In this document: piece by piece, positions 38,479 to 51,846 of the stretch
Layout of the letters: the number at the start of each line of letters is the position of its first letter
How positions within the stretch are numbered: position 1 is the first letter of the stretch
NCBI RefSeq assembly: GCF_963921235.1
Contig: NC_086097.1
Coordinates: forward strand, 22,756,001-22,820,000
Reading direction: 5' to 3'
Origin: Mobula hypostoma
Lineage: Eukaryota
Length of the DNA stretch: 64,000 nucleotides
Made by a program: the position numbers and the translations under genes
Notes under the pieces: model-generated
What the model saw: only the letters and a program-made list of their open reading frames with translations
What the model was told of the DNA's origin: nothing
Database searches by the model: none

Positions 38479-41400
38479 TGTGTATTATCTGCAAACAGAA
38501 AGTTTTCCTGTGAAGGTCAAGCCGGTCTGGTTGTTTTCTGATGTGGCACCAAATCATTGAGCAACATAGAAGAAGTATTTCTACCTATTACATTTCCAAT
38601 TTTTTTCAAAGATTATGTATTTATGCTCATTTAGTTCCATAGCTGTACTTCAAACCTTTTTTTTATTTAATTTTTTACTCTGTATTAATTGTTGAATGTT
38701 GTTGAATATCACACCAACGCACCACAGCAACTTCCTAATTCATGTAAATAATAAATATGTGATCCTTGATTTAGTCAGATAACCCTATTCCACCAGCTCT
38801 TTGTCTGTAGCAAAGTAGTTTTCTCTTCATGTATTCAGTTTGAACACAATTATTGAATCTTTTTCTAACACCCTTTCAGACAGTGGATTCTGAATTATAA
38901 GCATTATTGTGCCTATTACCCTTGGTTCTATTGCTAGTCAACTTAAATCAGGGCTCCCTTGTTATGAATCCCACAGCCACTGGAACAATTTTTCTTTTGC
39001 TAGAGTCATCATGATTTTAAACGCCTCTGCCAAATCTCCTCAGCCGTCTCTACTTTGAAGAGACCAGCCTTACCCTATCCACATAATAGACATTGCTCAA
39101 AGCTGAAACCATTGAGAGAGAATGAGACTGTGCTGGAAAATTGAAGGTGGGACCTGATAACCTCTTTTTGTTGACTGTGGTGTCGAAAAATACCGGATCT
39201 AAGCCTAACCTCAAAACTCAAAGTAAATTTATTGTCAAAGTACATATATGTTACTGTATGCTACCTTGAAATTCATTTTCCTGCAGGCATTTATTGGAAA
39301 ATAAAGAATTACGATAGAATTTGTTTAAAAAAAACTATAACTAACAAAGGCTCACAACTATCAACCAATGTGCCACAGAAGACAAATAATGCAGATAATA
39401 AAAAAGTAAACAAATAAGACTGAGAACATGAATTGTAAATTCCTTGAGTCTGTAGATCGTGGAGTTAGTTCAGGGTTTAGAAGTGAGTGAAATTATCCTC
39501 ACTGGTTCAGGAGGCTGTGGGTGCAGGGTAATACGTGTTTCTCAGTCTGATGGTGTGGGACTTAAGGCAGCTATGACTTCTGCCTGATGGTAGTAGCAAG
39601 AAGAGAGCATGCCCTGGATATTATGACCTCTGGGCAAAGCCATCCTTTTCTCTCAAGGTCAAGGTAGACCTCATTCCACAGCATTTGTGAGTTCTGAGCT
39701 GATTGCTTAATGGCTCTGGGTCTCTATTCACTGGAGTTTAGCCAGAGTGTAGTGAATCTGTAGTATTATCACAGATGGCTGTGAAGAGTAGGTCATTGGG
39801 AATGTTTAAAGCAAAGACTGCGAGCTTCTTGTTTAGTGAGGGTTACAGAGAGAAGGCAGGAGAATGGGGCTGAGAGGGAAAATAAATCAGCCATGATGGA
39901 ATGGTGGAGCTGAATTGGCTAATTCTGCTCCTCTGCTGTATGGTCTCATGATGGATGAAGCCACTGTGGGAACTGCAGCCTCTTCAAGAGGTGGAGAATG
40001 AATGAATTCCTTCTGCTATTCATGCTGGACTTGGTATTCTCAATAACACTTTGAGTGCTCCTCTTCTCTGATGTGCAGGCAAGGTCCAGAAATTCCCAGG
40101 AATCGGTGAGGATATTGTACTTTTTCCTGAGGTGTCAAGTACATTTTTTTTTCTGTCTGCCTGAGCATCTCTTCAGAAAGAATGTCCATCTGGGAATGTG
40201 GTGTTGGGCCAGCAAATGAGACAGCGTGCCAAACAGGGCTGAAGGAGTGTTATTAGGCCTCAGTGAGGGGGCTATTGTTCTTTGTCCTTTACTGTATATT
40301 CCCTATACCTTCCTCAGATCAGCTCAAATCTATGCCCGTATGCCATTTCCTCCCTGGGAAAACTCACTAGCTATCCACTTGATCGACAGTAGGCCTCTTA
40401 CCACTGGGGTAGGTGGGTTAACTGGCAGCTGTAGATCGTGTGGGGAAGATAACAAATCTGTGATGAAGGTGGGATTGGTGTAAACAGATGTGGACGCTGC
40501 GTGCCAAGGGTCTGTGTCTCCACCTGCCTATGAGGGATTGCCTGGCTCCTTTAGTTTTAAAGGTTAACTTTATTTGGCAGATGTACATCAAAACATTGAA
40601 ACATGCATTGAAGTGTATCATTTCCGCCGATGACTAGCGGAGTTGAGGATGCACGGAGGGTGCCTGGTGGATGTCACCACAATTCCTGGTCCGTGCATCT
40701 TTGGAATTATGGGAGGAAGCTGGAGCACTGGGAGGAGCCCACACACAATTGTGGAGCGAGCATACCAGACTCCTTGCGGGCAGTGATGGGAATCAAACCC
40801 AAGTTGCTTTGAAGTGTGACACTAGCTGTTCCACTACCATTCCCTCCATATACTCAACCAGGTTCACAATATAAACAGAGGTAATGACAGTCTCCTGGGG
40901 AGGGTGAGTATTTACCTGTCACGTCATGTCACATTTAGCAAGAGGGTGGTGAATCTGTGGAATTCACTGCCACAGGCAGCTATGGAGGCCAAGTCATTTA
41001 AGGCAGAGGCTGATAGATTCTTAATTAGTCAGGGCATGAAGAGATACGGGGAGAAGGCAGGAGGCTGGGGCTGAGAAGGAAATGGATCAGCCATGATGAA
41101 ATGGCAGAGCAGAAGCGATGGCCAAATAGCCTAATTCTGCTCCTTATATTTTGTGGTCTTACCGTATCTTTGCATGTGCAAATTGACCGTTGTGTTTTAC
41201 CGCAGCACTGCACCGAACTCTTTGCCTGTGAGGTACTGTGGGGGGTGAACTGAGGGCTGAGAAGTGATCCTGCATAGATCCAACTTGTGAACCAGAGCCT
41301 CTGAGCACTGGAACAGATAATGACTGCAATCAGCCAGGGATGCTTTCAACGGTACCTCTACACATTGGAGTGTTTGGTGACAACCAGTTTCAAGTTTATT

Positions 41401-43497
41401 TATCAAATGCACTTTGAATAATGGAGTGAAACGCGCCGCTTATGTTAACAACCAACCTTCAAATTGTGCTGGGGATAGCCCGCAGGTGTCACAACACATT
41501 CTGGAGCCAATATCACACATCTACAATGTTTAAGGCAAACTTTGAGAAGGAATTTCTTCAGCCAGAGGGTGGTGAATCTATAGAGCTCTTTGCTGCAGGT
41601 GCCTGTGAAGGCCAAGTCATTGGGCATATTGAAAGTGGAGATTGATCGTTTCTTGATTAGTAAGGGCATCAAGTGTAATGGGGGAAAGGCAGGAGAATGG
41701 GGTTGAGAGGGATAGTAAATCAGCCATGATGGAATTGTGGAGCAGACTCGATGGGCTGAATAGCCTCATTCTGCTCCTATGGTTTATGACCTTATTGTCT
41801 TTTTTTGGGCTGGAAAGGACAATGGTGTTTTGTTTAGCAACACACACACACACAATGGTTGAGGAATTCAGGAGGTCAGGCAGCATCTATGAAAAAAGAG
41901 TAAAGAGCCAACATTACGGGTGGAGACCCTTCATCAGGGCTGAAAGGGAAGGGGGAAGAAGCCAGAAGAAGAAGTTGGGGAGGAGGGGAAGGAGTACCAG
42001 CTAGAAGGAGATACATGAAGCAAGGTGAGGGGAATGGTGGGTGAGTGGGGGAGGGGGGATGAAGTGAGCAGCTGGAAGGTGATAGGTGGAAAATGGCTGA
42101 AGAAGAAGGAATCTGATAGGAATGATGTGACCTATGGGAAAAAGGGAAGGAAGATGGGCACCAGAGGGAGGTATTGGGCAGGTGAGGAGAAGAGAAGGGT
42201 TAAGAGGAGAGCCAGAATGTAAAATGGTGGGGGTGGGGGGGGGGTGGAATTGCGGGAAGTTAGGAAATGGATATTCCTGGTGTTTTGATTATCCTAGCAA
42301 TGAACTGGAAGCTCATGTCTAAAGAGATAGTAGCTTCATTGTGTGTGACTGCATTGTTGGAAGCGTTTTTTTTCCTTCAATTTATTTGGTGATTCTGCAT
42401 CAATGGCCCCCTTTGATGTGATTCTAAGTACCTAGTTCATCAACCAATGTCATCAGAAACAGATCTAATTATTTTTTTCTCTAACGTTTGCACTAAGGAA
42501 GTGGTATTGTCTGTCATTGCAGGAGAACGCAGTGATTTGGAGAGAATATCTACCACCTATCACTTTTCTTCAGTTGGGAATTGACAACTCATGGAGCCTC
42601 GATGATAAATTTTGTACATGACAGCATATTCATTTTTCCAAAATGAATTCCTTGTATTTATAATATATAATTAGCTGCGTTTGCTGGGGTCTAGCATCCT
42701 GGTCATGTTGTATAATGAACAGAAGCTATGGTTAATAAGATTAACCATAACTTTATGGTTAACCAGAGGGCACAACCTCAGAACATCAGGACGACTCTTT
42801 AGGACACGGAGATAAGAAGGAATTTCTTTAGTGGTGAATCCATGGAGCTCGTTGCCACAGATATTGTTCTCTTGCCCTCAGACCCACTAAAAATATGGTT
42901 TTGATTTCAAAAGGAAGTGCCTTAATACACACTCTTTCCATTTTTTTTATATCAGAGTAAATTGAAGGGGAACTTCTTCAGCCAGAGGGTGGTGAGTTTT
43001 TGGAATTCACCACCACAGATGGCTGTGGAGGTCAAGTCATTGGGCATATTTAAAGCAGAAGTTGATAGACTCCTGATTAGTAAGGGCATCAAAGGTTACA
43101 GGAGAAGGCAGGGCAATGGGGATAACAAATCAGCATGATAAAATGGAGGAGCAGAATTGATCAACCAAATTGTTTAATTCTGTTCCTACTGTATGTGTTA
43201 TGACCTTATCGTCTGAATAAATTAATATTCCAGGAAATAACTTCAAGTTGTGTTAGGAGCTAAGTTACTATTTATAGGCTTATTTTGAAAGTTTTTTTTG
43301 AGGACTGAAATTCATATGTTAATGTTTTATGATAGCATTACAGCTCCCTTATCTCTATGGCTAAATCTTCTCAGAGCATCTATACTTCCCTATCTCACAT
43401 TTAATGGTGTTAGGCCATTGGTTGTATTATTTACAAAATTCCTGATTAACTATTGACCTTGTATTAATAGATGGGTTGACTATTAACATGGCAATGT

Positions 43498-43757
43498 TCA
43501 TCATCATCATCATTATGTGTTGTGTCAGTATGACAAGGGCAATCACAATCTTTCCATGACCATGATCAGTGGTCACATAACCAGGACTTGTGATATGCAT
43601 CAGCTGCTCATATGACCATCCACCACCTGGTCCCATGGCTTCACGGGAGAAGGGGTTAAGCAGGTGTAACTCCTTGCCCAAGGGTGACCTGCTGACTAGT
43701 GGAGGGAAGGAGCACCTTACAACTCCTTTGGTTGAAACTTATCTCCACCCCACCACC
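43498..43757 (-). mobile_element. Short non-autonomous non-LTR element (Vingi/RTE-like) with (ATG)n tail
   Basis: (tca)n tail and a G-rich 5' end ggtggggtggaga on the minus strand. Family recognised from memory only; 11395-11590 resembles an internal piece of the same family. Confidence 0.45.
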
Positions 43758-44179
43758 AATGTTGATATTAGGAAAGATTAATAACTAAAAACTGCAAATA
43801 ACAAGTAGTCAATACTACCAAATGCATTGTTGTAATTCTCTCAGACCCAAGGAGAAAACAGCTCTGCTTTAAAAAAAATGCCTCATTACAAACACTTCCT
43901 CTGCTTTTCATCTCAATGTATATTGAGGAGGAATTTCTTCAGTCAGAAGGTGGTGAATCTGTGCAATTTGTTGCCACAGGGGTCTGTGGAGGCTAAGTCA
44001 TTCAGTATATTTAAAGTGGAGATTGATAGGTACATAATTAGTGAGGTATCAAAGATAATGGGGAGAAAGCAAGAGAACGGAGGTGAGGGGGAAAATGAAT
44101 CAGCTATGATTGCATAGCAGTCAGACTAATGGGCCAAATGGCCTAATTCTGATCATTCTAATCTGCTGGAGTTGTCTAC

Positions 44180-46375
44180 TGTGATGACCTCCATTCAGGG
44201 CCTCAAACAGTCCTTCCAGGTGAGGCAATACTTCACCAGCAAATCTGTTGGGGTCACTTACTGTACCCAACTTACTGCAAAAAGGCAACAATTATACCAG
44301 TGCCTAAGAAGAATAATCACATCGACAGTGATGAAATGCTTTGAGAGGCTGGTTTTGTCTAGGCTGAACTCCTGCCTCAGCAAGGACCTGGATCCATTGC
44401 AACTTGTTATCGCCATAACAGGTCAACGGCAGATGCAATCTCAAGGGCTCTCCACACAGCTTTAGACCACCTAGACAACACAAACACCTACGTCAAGATG
44501 CCATCCATCGTCTATAGCTCAGCATTTAATACCATCATTCCCACAATCCTGATTGAGAAATTGCAGAACCTGGGCCTCTGTTCCTCCCTCTGCATTTGGA
44601 TCCTTGACTTCCTAACTGGAAGACCACAGTCTGTGCAGATTGGTGATAACATATCTTTCTCGCTGACGATCAACACTGGCGCACCTCAGGGGTGTGCGCT
44701 TAGCCCACTGCTCTACTCCCTGTATACGCATGACTGTGTGGCTAAACATAGCTCAAATACCATCTATAAATTTGCTGACAATACAACCATTGTTGGTAGA
44801 ATCTCAGGTGGTGACAAGAGGGCGTACAGCAATGAGATATGCCAACTAGTGGAATGGTGCTGCAGCAACAACCTGGCACTCAACATCAGTAAGACAAAAG
44901 AGCTGATTGTGGACTTCAGGAAAGGTAAGATGAAGGAACACATACCAATCCTCATAGAGGGATCAGAAGAGGAGAGAGTGAGCAGCTTCAAGTTCCTGGG
45001 TGTCAAGATCTCTGAGGATCTAACCTGGTCCCAACATATCGATGTAGTTATAAAGAAGGCAAGATAGCAGCTGTACTTTATTAGGAGTTTGAAGACATTT
45101 GGTATGTCAACAAATACTCTCAAAAACTTCAATTGTTGTACCGTGGAGAGCGTTCTGACAGGCTGTATCACTGTCTGGTATGGAGGGGCTACAGCACAGG
45201 ACCGAAAGAAACTGCAGAAGGTTGTAAATCTAGTCAGCTCCATCTTGGGCACCAGCCTACAAGGTACCCAGGACATCTTTAAGGAGCGGTGTCTCAGAAA
45301 GACAGTATCCATTATTAAGGACCTCCAGCACCCAGGGCATGCCCTTTTCTCACTATTACCATCAGCTAGGAGGTACAGAAGCCTGAAGGCACACACTCGG
45401 CGATTCAGGAACAGCTTCTTCCCCTCTGCCATCCGATTCCTAAATGGACACTGAAGCTTTCGACACTACCTCACTTTTTTTTTAATATACAGTATTTCTG
45501 TTTTTGCATGTTTTTTTTAAAATGTATTCAATATATGTAATTGATTTACTTGTTAGTTTATTATTTTTTCTCTCTCTGCTAGATTATGTATTGCATTGAA
45601 CTGCTGCTGCTAAGTTAATAAATTTGACGTCACATGCCGGTGATAATAAACCTGATTCTGATTCTGACTCTGGTGCTGCTTGCTTTACATTCGTGACTGA
45701 CTGTCAAGTGGGGCATCACTTTGTCGAGCACCTCTGCTGCATCCACAACAGGCAGCATTTACCGGTGGCTAACTATTTTAACTTCACTCCCATTCCAACG
45801 TGTCTTTCCACGGCCTCCTCTTTTGCCACAATGAGCCCATTCTCAGGTTTGAGGAGCAACATCTCATAATCCATTTGGGTAGCTTCCAATCTTGTGGCAT
45901 GAACATCGTTTTCTCTAATTTCTGTTAGATTTCCACCTTCCCCTTTCCTCTTCTTCCATTCCCCACTCTGGCTGCCATCTTACCTCTTCTCTTCTCCTTA
46001 CTGCCTATCACCTCTCCGGATCTGATACTCCTTTCCTTTCTCCCATGGTCCACTCTCCTCTCCTATCAGATTCCTTCTTCTTCAGCCCTTTACCTTTTCT
46101 ACCTATCACCTCCCAGCTTCTCATTTCATTCCCCCCCCCGCAACTTCCCTACCCACCCACCTTCCCCCTCACCTGGCTTCACCTACCTCCTTCTAGCTTG
46201 TACTCCTTTCCCTCCACCCACCTTCTTATTCCGGCTGCTTCCCCCTTCCTTTTCAGTCCTGATGAAGAAGCTTCTCAGTCCAAAACATCAACTGTTTATT
46301 CCTTTCCATAGATGCTGTCTGACCTGTTGAATGTGTTGCTCTGTATTTCGAACATCTGCAGAATCTCTTGGGTTT
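44180..46375 (+). mobile_element. Penelope-like element remnant (GIY-YIG endonuclease plus pyrimidine-rich terminal repeat), split by a Rex-type LINE
   Basis: TSIQGLKQSFQVRQYFTSKSVGVTYC | ...HFVEHLCCIHNRQHLPVANYFN...EEQHLIIHLGSFQSCGMNI, followed by a degenerate hammerhead motif at 46255-46293. Confidence 0.8.
44268..45667 (+). mobile_element. 5'-truncated Rex1/Babar-type LINE, RT pseudogene
   Basis: [65 protein letters not shown]; (GATTCT)n tail. Confidence 0.9.
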
Positions 46376-47896
46376 CTAATTCTGTTCCTATGTTTTATGG
46401 TCTAAATCTGCTAATTCAGAAGAAGATTGCCTCAGCAAAGCACTGCCTCTCCTGGTCACTCGGATTTCTGTGTTGGGTTCTAATACGATTATTAGTTGAA
46501 AATCTCAAAATTGAGTGTGGAATTTGCTGTGAATTCTTCTGTTGTTCAGGCGCCAGTGGAGTGTCTCTTACTTTTGAATGACCTGGGGGCTCAGAGATGT
46601 GAGATATTTAGAAACTTGAACACATACCTTCAGCTGTACAAGAATGGGCTGCCTCCTGGTTCTACAAATTTGCATTTCCCATTAGGATGTAAAAAGACCA
46701 GATGTTACAACAGATGGAAGAACAAATGCTATGGGCCAGAAGTATTATTTTACCGTACTGGCTGCCTGGAAGGAACACCTTGCATCTAAGATTCATGCTA
46801 GGAATTTATAAGTTAGTTTGTGTAGGCTAGGAGATGGGAATCCAAGTGATCTGGGTGGCATGGTAGCATAACAGTATCACAGCACCAGCAACCTGAGTCT
46901 TGTTCTGCCGGTAGCTGCAAGGAGTTCCTACGTTCTCCTCGTGACCACATGGGTTTCCTTCTGGTGCTTGGTTTTCTCCCACTTTCCAAAGGCGTATGAG
47001 TTAGTGGGTTAATTAGTTATGTGGATGTAATGTAATTGGGCGATGCTGTTTTTTGCCGTTGCAATATAAATATGGGGCATTTTGTAAGTTTTTTTGTACA
47101 AGGAGATTTGATTTTTTTTGTTTTGTGGCTATCTGGAGAAGACAAATCTCAGAGTTGTATATTGCATGAATACTTTGATAATAAGTGAACCTTTGAACTT
47201 TGAAGGAAACCCCTTCATGTTTGCAGATCTTTCTTTTGTTGCTGTTGGATCTGGAGATGATATGGTCCAGAAGGTTCTTCGGAAGTCAAGAATGAGGCGC
47301 CACTCTTATGGTTAAGCCGTTTTTATTATATGCTCATAATGAAGAATAACCGTAAAGTGGGGTGAGCAAATAACATCAGGAAATTGACTCTAAATGTAAC
47401 CAGCTCACTCTCACCAAGAACATGCCTTGTGGTCTTTCTTTATATGGCTTAAGGGAATATTCTCAGATAAGAACAATCTGGGAGACAACAAGGACAATCT
47501 TGATTTATGCTGCCATGACTCAGGCTTATGGTGGGCATCCATTATCAAGTGCCCCCACCATCCAGATCATGCTTTGTTCTCACTGCTGCCATCAGAAAAA
47601 AAGGTACAAAGGCCTCAGGACCCTCAACAGCAAGTTCAGGAACAGTTAATACCTCTCAACTATCAAACTCTTGAACCAGAGAGGATAACTTCACTTAATT
47701 TCACTGGCCCCATCACTGAACTGTTCCCACAACCGAAGAGTTTGCTTTCAAGGATTCTTCATTTCATATTCTTGATACTTATTGCTTATTTATTATTTAT
47801 TATTATTATTACTACTGTTTTTCTTTCTGTTTTTGCACAGTTGTCTTTTGTACACTGGTTGTTTATCCATCCTGTTGGCTGCAGTCTTTCATTAAT

Positions 47897-48354
47897 TCCT
47901 GGGATGGCGGGACTGTCATACGTTGAAAGATTGGAGTGACTGGGCTTCTATACACTGGAATTTAGAAGGATGAGAGGGGATCTGATTGAAACACAAGATT
48001 ATTAAGGGATTGGACACGCTAGAGGTAGGAAACATGTTCTTGATGTTGGGGGAGTCCAGAACCAGAGGCCACAGTTTAAGAATAAGGGGTAGACAATTTA
48101 GAACGGAGTTGAGGAAAAACTTTTTCACACAGAGGGTTGTGGTTCTGTGGAATGCTCTGCCTCAGAAGGCAGTGGAGGCCAATTCTCTGGATTCTTTCAA
48201 AGAAGAATTAGATAGAGCTCTTAAAGATAGTGGAGTGAAGGGATATGGGGAGAAGGCAGGAAAAGGATACTGATTGTGGATGATCAGCCATGATCACAGT
48301 GAATGGTGGTGCTGGCTCGAAGGGCTGAATGGCCTACTCCTGCACCTATTGTCT
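47897..48354 (+). mobile_element. CR1 3' fragment nested in a Rex-type 3' UTR
   Basis: IPGMAGLSYVERLE...SRTRGHSLRI...FFTQRVV; attaat at both junctions (47891-47896, 48355-48360). Confidence 0.85.
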
Positions 48355-51300
48355 ATTAATACTATTGTGTTTCTTGAATCTACTGTGTATGCCCACAAGA
48401 AAATGAATCTCAAGGTTGTGTATGGTGACATTTATTTATTTATTTATTTATTTATTGTGATACAGGTCGGAATAGGCTCTTTGAACGGGCCACCCAGCAA
48501 TCCTCTGATTTAGATAGATAGATAGATACTTTATTAATCCCTAAGGAAATTACAATATCACAATAGTATTACAAGTGCACAGTTATGCAAATATTAGAAG
48601 AGAAGTAGAAAGAATAAAAAATAAGTTACCTCAAACAGTAACTTACTTTTTATTCTTTCTTCTTCCCTTGGAATATTTGCATTAGTCTTAGACTAATCAT
48701 GGGACAATTTATAATGACGAATTAACCAAGCAAGCAGTATATCTTTGGAATGTGGGGGGAAACCGGAGCACCCGGGGGAATCTCATGCCATCATTGGAAG
48801 AATGTATAAACTCCTTACAGCCAGTGGCGGGTAACAAACCCGAGTCACTGGTTCTGCAGAGTGTTTTGCTAACATGCCACCCTGTATGTACTTTGATAAT
48901 AAATGTACTTTGAACAAAGAAACTGCGGAAGTAGAAAACCATCTACACTACAAATAAATTAAAATCCATTGAGCAGTTACAGACAAACAGGTGATTAATC
49001 AAGCATAAAGAAAGTTAAACAACAGGAAATATAATATAGACCCTAATCCAACATTACTAACCCCTCTGAAAAGAAAGCATAGGGTCATTAAAATTATTTT
49101 TCTTTCATATTCATTCACATTCTTGATCCATATAAGCATTGTAAGTGGTAGTGATTCAGATTCAGGTTCTGGTTTATCATATGTACATTGAAACACAGTG
49201 CAATGTGCCATTATTGTTAACAAGCAACACAACCAAGGCTGTGCCAGGGCCAGTTTGTAAGTGTCGCCACACATTCCGGCACCAACATAGTATTTCATTA
49301 TCACAAAATCTGCAGACGTTGGAAATCCAAAGCTACACACACAAAATGCTGGAGGAACTCAGCAGGCCAGGCAGCATCTATGGAAAAGAGCAAACAGTCC
49401 AATTTTCAGGCTGAGACCCTTCATCAGAACTTGATCCTCCAGCAATTTGTGTCTGTTGCTTTGGTATTTAATTGTTGTGGTTTACTAGGTCATGAAGTCC
49501 ACAAAAAGAGGCAAAATTCCACTCTAATTGTCCCTGTCTTCTACCTTCAATCAAAACTGAAGCATTGGAAGTTATGACTGACATCCTAATCATCTGCTCA
49601 ACAATAGTCAATTTTGTTCCACCAGCTCCACTAGGCTCCAAATTTCATAACAGCTTTGGTCCGAGAATGGCCAAACTCTCTGAACTTAAGGGGGGAGGTG
49701 AATGACTATCCTTGATATAAATTTTGTTTTGACTAAGCTTGATGTCAAAGCGCCCTGATGTTGGTGAAGAAACTCTGCACTGGAAAATTGCAGTGATGGC
49801 TGTAAACTCTCTGAGTATCCCTGCAGTAGTAGGAGACTAGTATAACTTCAGTGACTTCATTAATGCATTACCCTTCAGAAGATTAGAAGCAGGGACGTTC
49901 AGTCCACTGATAATGGCATCATCTCCAATTATTTACATGACATCCTGTCAGATAATGAAGCCATTCCTGCCTACATACACCAAACCTGGACAAGGTCAGG
50001 TACGGTCTGATTAAGTGGCAAATTACATTTACATTCGTCATGTAATGAGGGATATAGATAGCATAAATGCAAGTAGTCTTTTCCTACTGAGTTTGGGTGA
50101 GACTAAAACTAGAGGTCAGGGTTAAGGGTGAAGGGTGAAATGCTTAAGGGAAACATGAGAGGGCACTTCTTCTGTTAGAGGGTGGTGAGCATGTGGATCG
50201 AGCTGCCAGCAGAAGTGATGGATTCTGGTTTGAACATTTAAGAGAAATATGGATAGGTACATGGATGGGATGGGTATGGAGGACTATGGTCCGGCTGCAG
50301 GTTGATGGGACTAGGCAGGTTAATAGTTCGGCATGGACTAGATGGGCAGAAGGGCCTGTCTGTGCTGTAGAGTTCTATGGCTCTATGACCATCACCAATG
50401 CAAATTATTCAATCACTTTGCCATGACTGAGCATCAACATCCTGAGAATAATTATTCACAGTAATTTAACTAGGCAGAACAAATCAATACTTTGGCTGTA
50501 AGTGCCCACCAGAGGCTCAACACCCTGTAGTCAGTTGCTTTCTACAGGCTTCCCAGAGCTTGTTTTACCACATACGTGGCACAGGTCATAAATCTGAGGA
50601 CTTCTTATGCGCCTGGATGAGTGCAGTTCTTACAACAATTTTAGTTATAAAAATATATACTCAAAGGTTGAAAGAGATCTTATCCATTAGGTCAAAGAAA
50701 TCCTTTGATTTATCATAGTTTAGTATCTTGGAGTGCTACAGCACAGAAACAGGCTCTTCATCCAATCCAGTCCATGGCTAATTGTTATTTTACCTTGTCC
50801 CATCAACCCACCCAGAGACCATTGCCCTCCCTACCCCTCCGATCCCTGTACTTATCCAAACTTCTCTTAACTGTTTCATAAGAAACCATGACCATCACGT
50901 CCACTGGCATACTGGCAGCTGGTTCCACACCTACACCACTGCTTGCATTTACGCTATCTATACCTCATCATTTTGTATGCCTCTATCCCTCATTCTCTAC
51001 ACTCCAGAGAATATAGTAGTAACCTATTCAACCTTGCCCTCTGACTCAGGTCCTCGTGATCTGACAACATCCTTGTAAATTTACTTTCTACTCTTTCAAT
51101 CTTACTGATACCTTTCCTATAGATAGGTGACCAGAACTGCACACACTATTCAAAATCTGTCCTCACCAATGTCTGATATGTTACATCCCAAATGAACTCC
51201 TGGAATCAATACTCTGATTTATGAAGGGCACTATGCCAAAAGCTTCCTTTATAACCTTTTCAACCTGTGACGTCACTTTCAAGGAATTTTGGATCAATGT

Positions 51301-51392
51301 TCACAGATCGAGCTCAACAGTATCCTGGCCACACTCGCCCAATTCATTGGCACACTGGTTAATCTCTCTCTTGACCATCAATCCAATATAGA

Positions 51393-51846
51393 TTTGAAGT
51401 AGGTTGCCATGGGATAATTGCGTTCACTTTCCAGAAGTGGCTGCATGACCTTGGCTTCACTAGAAGAGAGATCAAGTCAACCAGCAGGGCTGTAGCTGAG
51501 GCGGCAGAGAAAGGATCAGCATGGGTGTGGAACAAGTATGTCCAGAGGGGTAGATATATGTATACAGTGTATACATATCTTGAAAACCCTTCAGTAGTTG
51601 CATAGATACCTGAAGAGCAGGCCATCTGTTGGATGGAAGTGACCAACAACTCTGATAGAGGCAGATGCCAAGTTTTTAAGCTCACCAGTGGGAGGTGGTG
51701 CTTTAGCACTGCTGGCCTACCACCTTGAGGGAGTCTTGATCATAAGCGGGCCAAAACTCCTGAAGACAGGTGGCAGATCAACTGATGATCCCACAGGTGA
51801 TAGCACAGGACAGTTAACATCTTAGTCCACGTGTATTTTTAACTCA
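51393..51846 (+). mobile_element. 3' fragment of a Hero-like (restriction-like endonuclease) non-LTR retrotransposon
   Basis: Frame from 51393 reads FEVGCHGIIAFTFQKWLHDLGFTRREIKSTSRAVAEAAEKGSAWVWNK, matching the EVGCRG...AE.aS.W.W C-terminus of Hero-clade proteins. This frame is not in the supplied ORF track. Confidence 0.75.
51730..51794 (+). ncRNA. Candidate non-circularly permuted hammerhead ribozyme, probably inactivated in this copy
   Basis: GGAGU-C-UUGAUC ... GGGCC-(A)AAA-CUCC ... GAUCAA-CUGAUGA-UCCC. Stems I and III pair perfectly around the core positions. Confidence 0.6.

Noticed and set aside
42520..42620. Possible exon after ttgcag (ENAVIWREYLPPITFLQLGIDNSWSLDDKF)
   Set aside because: No recognisable protein, weak polypyrimidine tract and no clear donor site.
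43650..43757. Possible HDV-like ribozyme at the 5' end of the Vingi/RTE-like element
   Set aside because: I found only simple hairpins and could not build the nested P1/P2/P3/P1.1 double pseudoknot by eye.
44764..45432. 222-aa minus-strand ORF, and similar ones at 57117-57521, 15258-15722 and 24030-24557
   Set aside because: Shadow frames of LINE/LTR coding sequence or low-complexity 3' UTRs.
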